The notes under the pieces: generated by a model
What the model saw: only the letters and a program-made list of their open reading frames with translations
Database searches by the model: none
Told to the model about the DNA's origin: nothing
NCBI RefSeq assembly: GCF_006345805.1
Contig: NC_042997.1
Span: 206,770,001 to 206,834,000 of the forward strand
From: Octopus sinensis
Taxonomy: Eukaryota
DNA: 64,000 bases
Reading direction: 5' to 3'
In this document: one piece after another, positions 10,801 to 23,407 of the stretch
How positions within the stretch are numbered: the first letter of the stretch is position 1
How the letters are laid out: each line of letters starts with the position of its first letter
Program-made: the position numbers and the translations under genes

Positions 10801-13800
10801 CTTAGTCTATCGGTGTACTTTGACAAATAGCTAAGTTATGGGGATATAAGCACAGTAAAATCGGTTGTCAATCAATGGTGGGGGTAGAAACACAGACACA
10901 CACACATATTCATATATATACAGACACACATATATATATATACATCTATAATATAAATCCCTTTCTGTGTGTGTAAAAGATTATAACGGCCGTATTTTTC
11001 AACTGATTTTCCCCAAACTGTGAACATACATTACTTATGTTCCAGGTGTGGCGTCAGACTCTTAAAATTCTTCAAATAATGAGTAATGGGCTCCTTGGAA
11101 GCAGAAAATACCCATCCCTGGGTTATGTTGATAAGGGACACAACTCTTTGTGAAGTAAGTTTCAGAAATTGATTGTATCTTTCCGCAGCTGTCTCACAGA
11201 GACATTCTTTTGGCTGACCTTGACATTGCAGACAAATTTGACACTTTCCTTCTAGGCATGGTTACATAAGTATACAGAAATACACAGGTGCAGAAGATAG
11301 TAAACAATGAAAATAACTGGGTAACAGACAGAAAGTAAATAAGAAACTTCTACGGAAAATAAAGAATTGTACAGGTTGAACCGAAATTTGTCAGTGAACC
11401 AGAGTCAATATCAAAGGAACAAGAAAAAAGCACTAGAGTTTCCATTGGTGCAATGACAACTGAGTGCAAGCATTGTAAAGCAAGGAAGTGGCCTGGAGAG
11501 ACACTTGCACTGTGCTGCAGGGGTGGAAATGTTAAACTCCCTGCAATCCCCCAACCCCCAGAGTCATTTAAGAAACTGTTTTCATTAATTGCCAAGATTC
11601 CAAGATTTCCAAAACAGAATTAGACAATACAACGGTGCATTACAGGTGACATCATTTGGAGCCACAAGAGATTTAACTGAGCCAGGATTCATGCAAACTT
11701 TCAAGGTCCAAGGTCAGATTTATCTTTGGCTAGGTATTTCTCCTGCAGTTGCTTTACCAGAAATATAACATCAGTGGTGCTTCTGCCTGGCACAAAACCA
11801 AACTGCATCTCATCTAGACTAACTCTCTCGCTAATCAGTTGGGCTATGACCCTCTCTGTAACTTTCATCACCCGATCCAATAATTTGATACCGCTGTAGT
11901 TATTTCTAGCAAAAGCATCACTTTTCCCCTTGTAGCAGTTGACTATGGTGCTGCTACACCAGTCATTGGGTATGACTCCTTCATAAACAACCTGATTTAC
12001 GGTATGGGTGACAAGACCATAACCCACGTCACCAGATATGTTAAGCATCTCAGCAGTGATTCCTGATGGGCCGGGGGATTTTCCTGTCTCCATATCCTTA
12101 ATTGCGTTATCTACCAGGGTACTGTCGATTTGGGTAGCTCGTCCCTCTACTGGGTCAACCTTTGACAGACTCTCTTCCTCCCATTCATTCTCCACATTCA
12201 GTACTCTTTTACAATGGCATCTCCAAGCCTCTTTCTTTGCAGAATCATTAAACACAAGGACTCCATCATCCATGCAAACACATTTCTCTTCTATGACATC
12301 ACGGTTTTCTCTCACACACTGTCTTGCAATCCGAAATACTTCAGTTCTTTAGTTCTCACCTTGCTGAACATTGGCAAACTTCTTCTTTTCTGCTACTCCT
12401 TGGCTATATACACCTGTCTCTTAGTTTCCCTTTTTGGCTATCTGATACAGTCTCCTGCTACCCCCACTCTTACAGGCCTTCCAAGCCTGTCTCTTTGCTC
12501 TTATAGACCTGTCTACAATAATGTTCCACCACCATGTTACCCTAGGTCTGGAAGGGACTTTGCACCAGTGCCACAGATTTGGCCTGTGGTGCTCAGCAAA
12601 CAGACTTGCAGGAATTCCCAGCTGCCTTCTACGTCACAGGACTGCAGCTCCTCCACCCTCTCATCAGATTTCTCAGTGACAATGTCCCTAAATATCTGAC
12701 CATGTGAAGGGTTCTTAAGCTTCCAAATTCTTCTTTCCAGATTGATCTGCTTTTTGGCATCCTTCTGGCCTCAAGTCTGAAGTCACTAATAACGAGTCTA
12801 TGCTGTGGGGTACATTCTTCACCAGGGAGGGTCTTTGTATTTAAAAGCAGCCATGTATCCCGCTGTCTCATGAGAATGAAATCAATCTGGCAAGCAGAGT
12901 TATCCGATTCATAGGTTATCATGTGGCTGGCTGGCTTCCTGAAGTTGGTGTTGCAGATCAATAGGTTATTTGCATCACAGAACTCCAGGAGCCTAGTTCC
13001 CTCTTCATTTCTGGTACAAACTCCATGGCTGCCATGTACACCATGGTAGATACCAGGTTGCTGTCCAACATGCCCATTAAAATTCCAGTCACAAAGATGA
13101 AATCATTGTCACTCGTCTTTGAGGTAGCCTGCAGAAGAATATCATAAAAGTGATCTTTCTGTTCATTTGGTTGACCCACTTGTGGAGCGTAGGCAGAGAT
13201 AATTGTAGCTATACCATTTTGTAAGCTGTTTAAGCACTCTGTCGTACACCCTCACTACTTCTATGACCTTATCCATCCATTTCTCTTCAAGAAGTATGCC
13301 CACACCTCCTATTCCATCACTGTTACCTTTCCAAAAGAGTTTATACCTATGTTCTTTGCTTGTGAGGACTCTGGCTGAAGCTCCTCTCCACCTTACCTCT
13401 TGTACGCAACATACATCAACATGTCTCCATTCAAGCATCTCTACAATTGCACTAGACTTACCTTTCAATGTACCTACATTTACAGTGCCAACTCTGAAAA
13501 CTGGGAAAGAGATATGGGAGGTAACACAGGAAGGAGAGATACCACTCCTACCATTACCACTACTACTACTTCAGTTAGTGAAAACCCATTCCTTTCTTCC
13601 CCCCATCCCACTGTCCACTTTAATATGAATTCATGCCTCACTGTTCCATGATAAATCTTCCAACTGTAAATAAAGCAAAATTTATGAACACACAAAACCC
13701 CAGAATATACCATTGTTCTCAACATGAGAGACTATGCATATGCACTGATGGCAACTTCACCCATTTGCCTGTGACAAGACACAGCATTCATACAAGCAAC

Positions 13801-14155
13801 ACCCTCCAATGCCAAAGCACACATCTTACACCACCACCACCACCACCAAATACCAAATCAAACTTTGTTGTTTCTACACATGTAACATGGAAAATTAAAA
13901 TCTGCTGCTTTTCCCAACATAAAAGATTATTTCTGATGTGCAACACTCACTTCACTCATCTTCCAGGAACTCAATGCATGACACCAAACCACCAACAAAA
14001 CCATAATTGAAACATCCCTAATAGTGACAGCGTTGGTCCAGACTTTCATGGAAACTCAGAAATCACCCAGATATCTGCTGGGTACAATAGTAAAATCAAC
14101 AGCCGCAAACAGTATAACTCTAAGCATATTTAACAGTGCAACCATACCAACTCCA
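7864..14155. repeat. 6.3 kb tandem segmental repeat, copy 2
   Basis: Near-identical to copies 1 and 3. It has a 1 bp A-run deletion near 9121 and is joined to its neighbours by the 5 nt insert tggga. Confidence 0.97.
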
Positions 14156-14160
14156 TGGGA

Positions 14161-17100
14161 AACGAATGGGATAAAGGGAGTCTCCCTCATGTGATCCCAA
14201 CAGATGGACTGGCTATCCTAGTGTACAGTGGTGTGATAGAGAAGGCAATTAAAAACATGAAAACATGGGAAAGCCCCAGTTCCAACCAGAATCACAGCAG
14301 AGACGCTCAAAATAAGGCAGGTTATGGGCTTGTCCCCTACATTAGTTAATTAAGTCATTGAGGAAGGTGTAATACCCAGTGACTGGCATTGCAGCATCAT
14401 TGTTAGCTGCTACAAGGATAGATTGAAGCAATTACAGAAGCATCAACTCCTGGACCAGGTGAAGAAAATTACATAGAGAGTTATGGCCCAGAATTTGGCT
14501 TGACGAAATGCAGTTCAGCTTTGTCCAACGAAGAATCAATTCTGATGCTATTTTCATAATCAGGCAATTTCAAGAGAAGAATAAAACATTATAATTGGCA
14601 TCTGTTTATTTAGAGGAATCTTTCGATAGAGTGCCCCGCTGTGTGATACGGTGGGCTCTGAGGAGGATAGGGATAGACGAGTGACTGGTGAAAGCTGTAC
14701 AGACCGTGCACAAAGACACCACGAGTATGGCAAAGAATTAGGTGTAGAGGTAGGAGTTCATCAAGGCTCAGTCCTTAGTATCCCCTCCTTTTCATCATTG
14801 TCCTCCAGGCCACCTACGTAGGTAGCCCTGTTCAATTTGTAGTAAAAGTGTAAGGGTGAACTCTCTATGGTGTGTCCAGTGAAAGCTATGGTCACACAAG
14901 AGGTGCAGTAGGTTAATTGGAAGGTTTTCGGATATAGAAGATGTGCAGGGTCCATCAAAACTTTAGCGACCTGGGAAATTGAGATTCTCAAATGCCCTGG
15001 TGGCACCTTAGTGTTAGTAGATAATCTCTGAGACCTACGGGACCAAATTAGTAATAGGGGAGGATGCACAGAAAGTGTAATAGCTAGAATAAGAATAGGA
15101 TGGAGGAAATTCAGAGAGCTGTTACCTGTATTGGCCACGAAAGGTTTCTCTGTTTCAAAGAATGATTGTATGATACATGTATACAAACAACAATTATACA
15201 TGGTAGTGAGATGTGGGCCCTGAATGAAAAGGACATGCGAAGGTTAGAGAGGAATGAGGCTAGTATGCTCTGCCAGGTGTGTAATGTAAGTGTACATTTT
15301 CTACAGAGTGCCAGTATTCTGAGAGAGAAGTTAGGCATAAGAGGAATTGGTTGCTGTGTGCAAGAGAAGACTGTGCTGGTTTGGTTATGTGATGCAGGTC
15401 GATGCCAACAGCTCCATAAAAAAGTGCATTTCTCTCAAAGTGGATGGAGGACCCAGGAAGACATGGAATGAAGTGCTGATGAACGACCTCAAGATGCTGA
15501 ACCTTTCAGGTGAGATGACAAAGGACCGAGATACCTGGCACCTGGCCTCAGTCAAAAGCCTACTACCTTGTAACAGAAGTTTTAAGACCAATCCTTCTAG
15601 TAGCATGCAGCAATCGCTGGGGTATTATGTGAAAGCGCTCACATGGTACCACTTAAAAGTGCCCATGAAGCAATACATAAAAGCACTTGTGCAGTGCCAC
15701 GTAAAAGCATCATTTCATGTAAAGCGCTCATGCATTGTCAGGTAAAGCGTCCGTATGGCGTTACATAAAAGTGCCGTTGTGGTGTCACCTAAAAGAGCCC
15801 GTGTGGTGTCAGGTAAAAGCTTCCATGTGGGGCCAGTGGTAAAAGCAATCAGCAAAGTCTGCGAAGTGTTAGGAAGGGCATCCAATCATAGAAACCAAGC
15901 CAAATCCAACTGGAGCCTGGTGCAGCCCACATCCCAGCTTGCGAGCTCGGGTCACACCTCCAATGATTGCCAACATGGACAAATGACATTAAAGGATGTT
16001 CATAATGTTGATTCAATACATAGAACACCAACCCCAATACCAATCCACTGAACTCTTTAGAGAGCTTTCGCACAAAATAGGCCAACAGCAGCAGCAAAAC
16101 ATGCAGCTGAGATCAGATAATCCCATTTCTCAGATTACAAAATGTTGGGACACACAAAGACTATGACAGCTGAGTCATCATGACTATAGAGAGAATTGAT
16201 TACAAAGAGGAAAACAACAACAGCAGCAACAAGCATAGAAAGAAGAACAGCAACAACAATAAAGAGATCAGGGTTAGAGGAGAAAACCAGGTCAGTGAAA
16301 ATTACGACAAAGACAACAGAAGCTGTCAGAATCCATCCACATCACATGACCAAACCAGCACAGTCACCCCCTTTGCACACAGCAACAAATTCCCTTTCCT
16401 GCCTAACTTCTCTCTCAGAACACTGGCACTCTGTCGAATAAGTACACTTACATTACACATCCAGTGGAGCAGACTAACCTCATTCTTTTCTAACCTTCGT
16501 ATGTCCTCTGCATTCAGGGCTCACGTCTCACTACCGTGTGGAGTAATTATCTCTCTCTGAGGCACACAAGTGCTAGGGATATAAAAAAGCACCCAGTAAA
16601 CTCTGCAAATGTTATTGCATTAAGAAGGGCATCACGTCGTAGAAATCCCACCAAAGCAGATACTGAAGTGCAATGCAGTCCTTGCAGCCACTGGATCCTA
16701 TCAAACTGTCCAACCCAGCCTGGAGAAAGGATGCTACATAACGATGATGACAAGAAGATCATGGTGATATATAACCAAGGAAGTTAGAAGCAGATGCACA
16801 AACACACATCACTAATTGCACAGCTACCCATAGCAGAAACAACTGTAAGCCAATGAAGTTGATTTAGAAATTAGTGTTCCTTTATCTTTACTTCTATTAA
16901 TTTCTTATATTAATTCATATATATATATATATATACATATATATACTAGCAGAGACACCTACCTAGCATTGCTTGGGATTAAAATGGTACAGATTTTTAT
17001 TGTTTTACATGTTTTAGTAACATGACTCCAGCCATGCTGGAGCACCACCTTAAAGTTGAAGAAATCAACTACAGGATTTATTCTTTGTAAGCCTAGTACT

Positions 17101-20100
17101 TAGTCTATCGGTGTACTTTGACAAATAGCTAAGTTATGGGGATATAAGCACAGTAAAATCGGTTGTCAATCAATGGTGGGGGTAGAAACACAGACACACA
17201 CACATATTCATATATATACAGACACACATATATATATATACATCTATAATATAAATCCCTTTCTGTGTGTGTAAAAGATTATAACGGCCGTATTTTTCAA
17301 CTGATTTTCCCCAAACTGTGAACATACATTACTTATGTTCCAGGTGTGGCGTCAGACTCTTAAAATTCTTCAAATAATGAGTAATGGGCTCCTTGGAAGC
17401 AGAAAATACCCATCCCTGGGTTATGTTGATAAGGGACACAACTCTTTGTGAAGTAAGTTTCAGAAATTGATTGTATCTTTCCGCAGCTGTCTCACAGAGA
17501 CATTCTTTTGGCTGACCTTGACATTGCAGACAAATTTGACACTTTCCTTCTAGGCATGGTTACATAAGTATACAGAAATACACAGGTGCAGAAGATAGTA
17601 AACAATGAAAATAACTGGGTAACAGACAGAAAGTAAATAAGAAACTTCTACGGAAAATAAAGAATTGTACAGGTTGAACCGAAATTTGTCAGTGAACCAG
17701 AGTCAATATCAAAGGAACAAGAAAAAAGCACTAGAGTTTCCATTGGTGCAATGACAACTGAGTGCAAGCATTGTAAAGCAAGGAAGTGGCCTGGAGAGAC
17801 ACTTGCACTGTGCTGCAGGGGTGGAAATGTTAAACTCCCTGCAATCCCCCAACCCCCAGAGTCATTTAAGAAACTGTTTTCATTAATTGCCAAGATTCCA
17901 AGATTTCCAAAACAGAATTAGACAATACAACGGTGCATTACAGGTGACATCATTTGGAGCCACAAGAGATTTAACTGAGCCAGGATTCATGCAAACTTTC
18001 AAGGTCCAAGGTCAGATTTATCTTTGGCTAGGTATTTCTCCTGCAGTTGCTTTACCAGAAATATAACATCAGTGGTGCTTCTGCCTGGCACAAAACCAAA
18101 CTGCATCTCATCTAGACTAACTCTCTCGCTAATCAGTTGGGCTATGACCCTCTCTGTAACTTTCATCACCCGATCCAATAATTTGATACCGCTGTAGTTA
18201 TTTCTAGCAAAAGCATCACTTTTCCCCTTGTAGCAGTTGACTATGGTGCTGCTACACCAGTCATTGGGTATGACTCCTTCATAAACAACCTGATTTACGG
18301 TATGGGTGACAAGACCATAACCCACGTCACCAGATATGTTAAGCATCTCAGCAGTGATTCCTGATGGGCCGGGGGATTTTCCTGTCTCCATATCCTTAAT
18401 TGCGTTATCTACCAGGGTACTGTCGATTTGGGTAGCTCGTCCCTCTACTGGGTCAACCTTTGACAGACTCTCTTCCTCCCATTCATTCTCCACATTCAGT
18501 ACTCTTTTACAATGGCATCTCCAAGCCTCTTTCTTTGCAGAATCATTAAACACAAGGACTCCATCATCCATGCAAACACATTTCTCTTCTATGACATCAC
18601 GGTTTTCTCTCACACACTGTCTTGCAATCCGAAATACTTCAGTTCTTTAGTTCTCACCTTGCTGAACATTGGCAAACTTCTTCTTTTCTGCTACTCCTTG
18701 GCTATATACACCTGTCTCTTAGTTTCCCTTTTTGGCTATCTGATACAGTCTCCTGCTACCCCCACTCTTACAGGCCTTCCAAGCCTGTCTCTTTGCTCTT
18801 ATAGACCTGTCTACAATAATGTTCCACCACCATGTTACCCTAGGTCTGGAAGGGACTTTGCACCAGTGCCACAGATTTGGCCTGTGGTGCTCAGCAAACA
18901 GACTTGCAGGAATTCCCAGCTGCCTTCTACGTCACAGGACTGCAGCTCCTCCACCCTCTCATCAGATTTCTCAGTGACAATGTCCCTAAATATCTGACCA
19001 TGTGAAGGGTTCTTAAGCTTCCAAATTCTTCTTTCCAGATTGATCTGCTTTTTGGCATCCTTCTGGCCTCAAGTCTGAAGTCACTAATAACGAGTCTATG
19101 CTGTGGGGTACATTCTTCACCAGGGAGGGTCTTTGTATTTAAAAGCAGCCATGTATCCCGCTGTCTCATGAGAATGAAATCAATCTGGCAAGCAGAGTTA
19201 TCCGATTCATAGGTTATCATGTGGCTGGCTGGCTTCCTGAAGTTGGTGTTGCAGATCAATAGGTTATTTGCATCACAGAACTCCAGGAGCCTAGTTCCCT
19301 CTTCATTTCTGGTACAAACTCCATGGCTGCCATGTACACCATGGTAGATACCAGGTTGCTGTCCAACATGCCCATTAAAATTCCAGTCACAAAGATGAAA
19401 TCATTGTCACTCGTCTTTGAGGTAGCCTGCAGAAGAATATCATAAAAGTGATCTTTCTGTTCATTTGGTTGACCCACTTGTGGAGCGTAGGCAGAGATAA
19501 TTGTAGCTATACCATTTTGTAAGCTGTTTAAGCACTCTGTCGTACACCCTCACTACTTCTATGACCTTATCCATCCATTTCTCTTCAAGAAGTATGCCCA
19601 CACCTCCTATTCCATCACTGTTACCTTTCCAAAAGAGTTTATACCTATGTTCTTTGCTTGTGAGGACTCTGGCTGAAGCTCCTCTCCACCTTACCTCTTG
19701 TACGCAACATACATCAACATGTCTCCATTCAAGCATCTCTACAATTGCACTAGACTTACCTTTCAATGTACCTACATTTACAGTGCCAACTCTGAAAACT
19801 GGGAAAGAGATATGGGAGGTAACACAGGAAGGAGAGATACCACTCCTACCATTACCACTACTACTACTTCAGTTAGTGAAAACCCATTCCTTTCTTCCCC
19901 CCATCCCACTGTCCACTTTAATATGAATTCATGCCTCACTGTTCCATGATAAATCTTCCAACTGTAAATAAAGCAAAATTTATGAACACACAAAACCCCA
20001 GAATATACCATTGTTCTCAACATGAGAGACTATGCATATGCACTGATGGCAACTTCACCCATTTGCCTGTGACAAGACACAGCATTCATACAAGCAACAC

Positions 20101-20453
20101 CCTCCAATGCCAAAGCACACATCTTACACCACCACCACCACCACCAAATACCAAATCAAACTTTGTTGTTTCTACACATGTAACATGGAAAATTAAAATC
20201 TGCTGCTTTTCCCAACATAAAAGATTATTTCTGATGTGCAACACTCACTTCACTCATCTTCCAGGAACTCAATGCATGATACCAAACCACCAACAAAACC
20301 ATAATTGAAACATCCCTAATAGTGACAGCGTTGGTCCAGACTTTCATGGAGACTCAGAAATCACCCAGATATCTGCTGGGTACAATAGTAAAATCAACAG
20401 CCGCAAACAGTATAACTCTAAGCATATTTAACAGTGCAACCATACCAACTCCA
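14161..20453. repeat. 6.3 kb tandem segmental repeat, copy 3
   Basis: Near-identical unit. Unique sequence resumes after ...ccaactcca at 20453. Confidence 0.97.
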
Positions 20454-20745
20454 GATGACAACCCCTTCCAAAACAAGAAAATTCTTTTTTAATGGTGATG
20501 AATCTAGCAAAGAAATGGGAAAACAAACTTCTAGCTTTTACACGGCACCAACCACTGCTATTACCCCTGTGCACAACCACACCATTGCTTTTATTGACCC
20601 ACATACTCAACTCTATAATGATACCGAATGTACAAGGTCTTTCACTCTTCACAAATAAAACAAAAGTATCATATCTTAGAGACCTTGCACTGCAAGAAAG
20701 GACAATGTGTATAGCACTAAGTGAAACACACCTAACCCCAAACAT

Positions 20746-20962
20746 TCTTTTCTACTCTAGGTGCAAGGCCTGAGATTGTTGGAGAGGGGAGGTCAGTTGA
20801 TTAGATTGACCCCAGTATACAACTGGTACTTAATTTATCGACCACCGAAAGGATGAAAGGCAAAGTCGACCTTGGCAGAATTTGAACTCAGAACATAAAG
20901 ACAGACAAAATACCGCTGAACATATCACCTGGCATGCTAACGTTTCTGTCAGCTTTCCGCCT
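20746..20962 (-). mobile_element. Octopus-type tRNA-derived SINE (family starting aggcggcgagctggcagaa..) with 13 bp TSD
   Basis: Homologous to the copies at 21107, 42511 and 43541. Flanked by taaccccaaacat (20733-20745) and taatcccaaacat (20963-20975). Confidence 0.85.
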
Positions 20963-21106
20963 TAATCCCAAACATATTGGATGCAGAAGTACATATGTGA
21001 GGTTATGTACAACTGAGAACTGATGACAGAATATCAACACAAAGAGAAATAGTGATCTTTATCCAAGGAGACCAGGCAACAAATGTCCCATACCAACACA
21101 TTGTGT

Positions 21107-21335
21107 GGCGAGCTGGCAGACACGTTAGCACGCTGGGTGAAATGCTTAGCAGTATTTCGTCTGCAGTTACGTTCTGAGTTCAAATTCCACCGAGGTCGAA
21201 TTTGCTTTCATCCTTTCGGGGTCGATAAGTTAAGTACCAGTTACGCACTGGGGTCGATATAATTGACTTAATCTGTTTGTCTGTCCTTGTTTGTCCCCTC
21301 TATGTTTAGCCCCTTGTGGGATATAAAGAAATAAG
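21107..21335 (+). mobile_element. Octopus-type tRNA-derived SINE, full length
   Basis: ggcgagctggcagacacgttagcacg...gttctgagttcaaattccaccgaggtcg (B-box-like gagttcaaattcc)...cccttgtgggatataaagaaataagaa. Confidence 0.85.
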
Positions 21336-21925
21336 AAATGCTCGTGATTGACCTCAGTTTCAACACAGGCATTATCAAATTGTTTTCCTGATGCAGATAA
21401 GCATGGAGATCATTTCGAAGCTGCTTTGTCACTCATAGGTCAAGCCCCAAATGAGGCCGGCCTTCGGGACCAATGTACTTTTAGCAGGTGACTTCAATTC
21501 TCTTCATCTCAGACTTGTCGGTGGATATGGCAGACGGAAATGAAGCCAGTCACATGTGTGTGTGTGTTTTTGTGTGTGCGTACATACATACATACATACA
21601 CACAAATATAAGTACTTATATATATATATATATATATATAAACAATGAAGGGTGAAATTAATTAATTTGGAATAATTATCAATTACACTAAGTAGTCTTC
21701 GGCATGTAAAAGCCTCATTCGAGGAAAATTTAAGTAATACTAAGCAATTAAGGGTTTAGCAACGAATTGCCTTACCACACACCGAATTTAGAAAAGCAGT
21801 CAAAGAGATTATAGCTATTTCTTCTACTAAAGGGAGATCACAGTAAAGGCACAGCATTTGAAAGGCAAACACAAACAGGCAAGAAAGAATGAATTAACGG
21901 CAATCTATCATACAGTTTTAAGTCA

Positions 21926-22017
21926 CCTACGGACGTACGTTTCGAGATCAAGTCATAGGAAAGCGTAAGAATTAGATAACTCTACCTTACCCAGACTTCT
22001 TCTTTCATCAGCGCAGG
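21926..22017 (-). ncRNA. Second, identical type I hammerhead ribozyme on the minus strand
   Basis: Exact reverse complement of 22771-22862. A third, truncated copy (3' half only) is at 22513-22538. Confidence 0.8.
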
Positions 22018-22770
22018 ATACAAACAATCATGAATGATTGAATATTGAATTTTGAGATACTAGAAGGCACCAACTCAACTCAGTATCAGAGCGAGCTAGA
22101 AGCCACAGCTAGTATCACCAAATTCAAAGTATGAATGAAAGCTTGTGTCACCAGTCCCTTCCCACTCGCGTGTAGCCAAGACAAAGTGCTGTGGTCATTT
22201 ACTGGGATGAATATGGTTATGAGTAAACAATGAAGGGTGAAATTAATTAATTTGGAATAATTATCAATTACACTAAGTAGTCTTCGGCATGTAAAAGCCT
22301 CATTCGAGGAAAATTTAAGTAATACTAAGCAATTAAGGGTTTAGCAACGAATTGCCTTACCACACACCGAATTTAGAAAAAGCAGTCAAAGAGATTATAG
22401 CTATTTCTTCTACTAAAAGGGAGATCACAGTAAAGGCACAGCATTTGAAAGGCAAACACAAACAGGCAAGAAAGAATGAATTAACGGCAATCTATCATAC
22501 AGTTTTAAGTCACCTACGGACGTACGTTTCGAGATCAATAATTAATGTCACCCTTCATTGTTTACTCATAACCATATTCATCCCAGTAAATGACCACAGC
22601 ACTTTGTCTTGGCTACACGCGGGTGGGAAGGGACTGGTGACACAAGCTTTCATTCATACTTTGAATTTGGTGATACTAGCTGTGGCTTCTAGCTCGCTCT
22701 GATACTGAGTTGAGTTGGTGCCTTCTAGTATCTCAAAATTCAATATTCAATCATTCATGATTGTTTGTAT

Positions 22771-22862
22771 CCTGCGCTGATGAAAGAAGAAGTCTGGGTA
22801 AGGTAGAGTTATCTAATTCTTACGCTTTCCTATGACTTGATCTCGAAACGTACGTCCGTAGG
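22771..22862 (+). ncRNA. Type I hammerhead ribozyme with extended stem II and palindromic stem III loop
   Basis: Stem I CCUGCG(22771-76)/CGUAGG(22857-62); core CUGAUGA (22777-83); GAAA (22845-48); stem III AC-GUAC-GU; cleavage triplet GUC (22854-56); stem II includes AAGUC/GACUU pairing. Confidence 0.8.
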
Positions 22863-23055
22863 TGACTTAAAACTGTATGATAGATTGCCGTTAATTCATT
22901 CTTTCTTGCCTGTTTGTGTTTGCCTTTCAAATGCTGTGCCTTTACTGTGATCTCCCTTTTAGTAGAAGAAATAGCTATAATCTCTTTGACTGCTTTTTCT
23001 AAATTCGGTGTGTGGTAAGGCAATTCGTTGCTAAACCCTTATTTGCTTAGTATTA

Positions 23056-23135
<80 letters not shown>

Positions 23136-23150
23136 CAAAACTTTTATACC

Positions 23151-23276
23151 TATGAGTATAATTATAATTAGGGTTCAGCAAAAATTTGCTTCATCACATA
23201 CCGAAATTTAGAAATTCTAAATTTCAGTATGTGGTGAAGCAAATTCTGCTGAACCCTAATTATAATTATACTCATA
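23151..23276. repeat. 126 bp near-perfect palindrome (fold-back), a diverged relative of the A segment of the 21641 element
   Basis: Arms tatgagtataattataattagggttcagc...tttagaa and ttctaaa...ctcata surround a single A at 23214. gggttcagcaaaaatttgcttcatcacataccgaaatttagaaa aligns to gggtttagcaacgaattgccttaccacacaccgaatttagaaa. Confidence 0.85.
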
Positions 23277-23407
23277 ATTATAGAATTTTTGTATAAGTTT
23301 ACCATTAATGGTTCTTTTAACATACCAAACTACTTGGTAAAATTATTAATTAATTAAGTTTACCCTTTATATATAATGTATATACAAGATAAGAAAATGG
23401 AGAAATA

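Larger units (their letters stand above)
20600..21510 (+). mobile_element. Degenerate AP-endonuclease fragment of a non-RTE LINE (CR1/L2/Jockey-like), interrupted by two SINEs
   Basis: NVQGLSLFTNKTKVSYLRDLALQERTMCIALSETHLTPNI continues after the SINE as ILDAEVHM, and later gives NVLLAGDFN (about 21470-21500). Confidence 0.6.
21641..23059. mobile_element. Young non-autonomous Penelope-associated/retrozyme-like element: direct repeat A-B-A (period 585-587 bp) plus ~520 bp inverted arm, inserted in (TA)n
   Basis: 21641-21950 is repeated at 22226-22538. 22539-23059 is the reverse complement of 21731-22250 with about 3 substitutions. (TA)n runs flank both sides and it contains hammerhead folds. 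Confidence 0.8.

Noticed and set aside
1566-20453. Helitron rolling-circle origin of the 6.3 kb triplication
   Set aside because: Unit boundaries do not coincide with the Helitron TC end, no CTRR 3' end is visible, and both flanks are collinear with the interrupted elements. This fits an in-situ tandem duplication.
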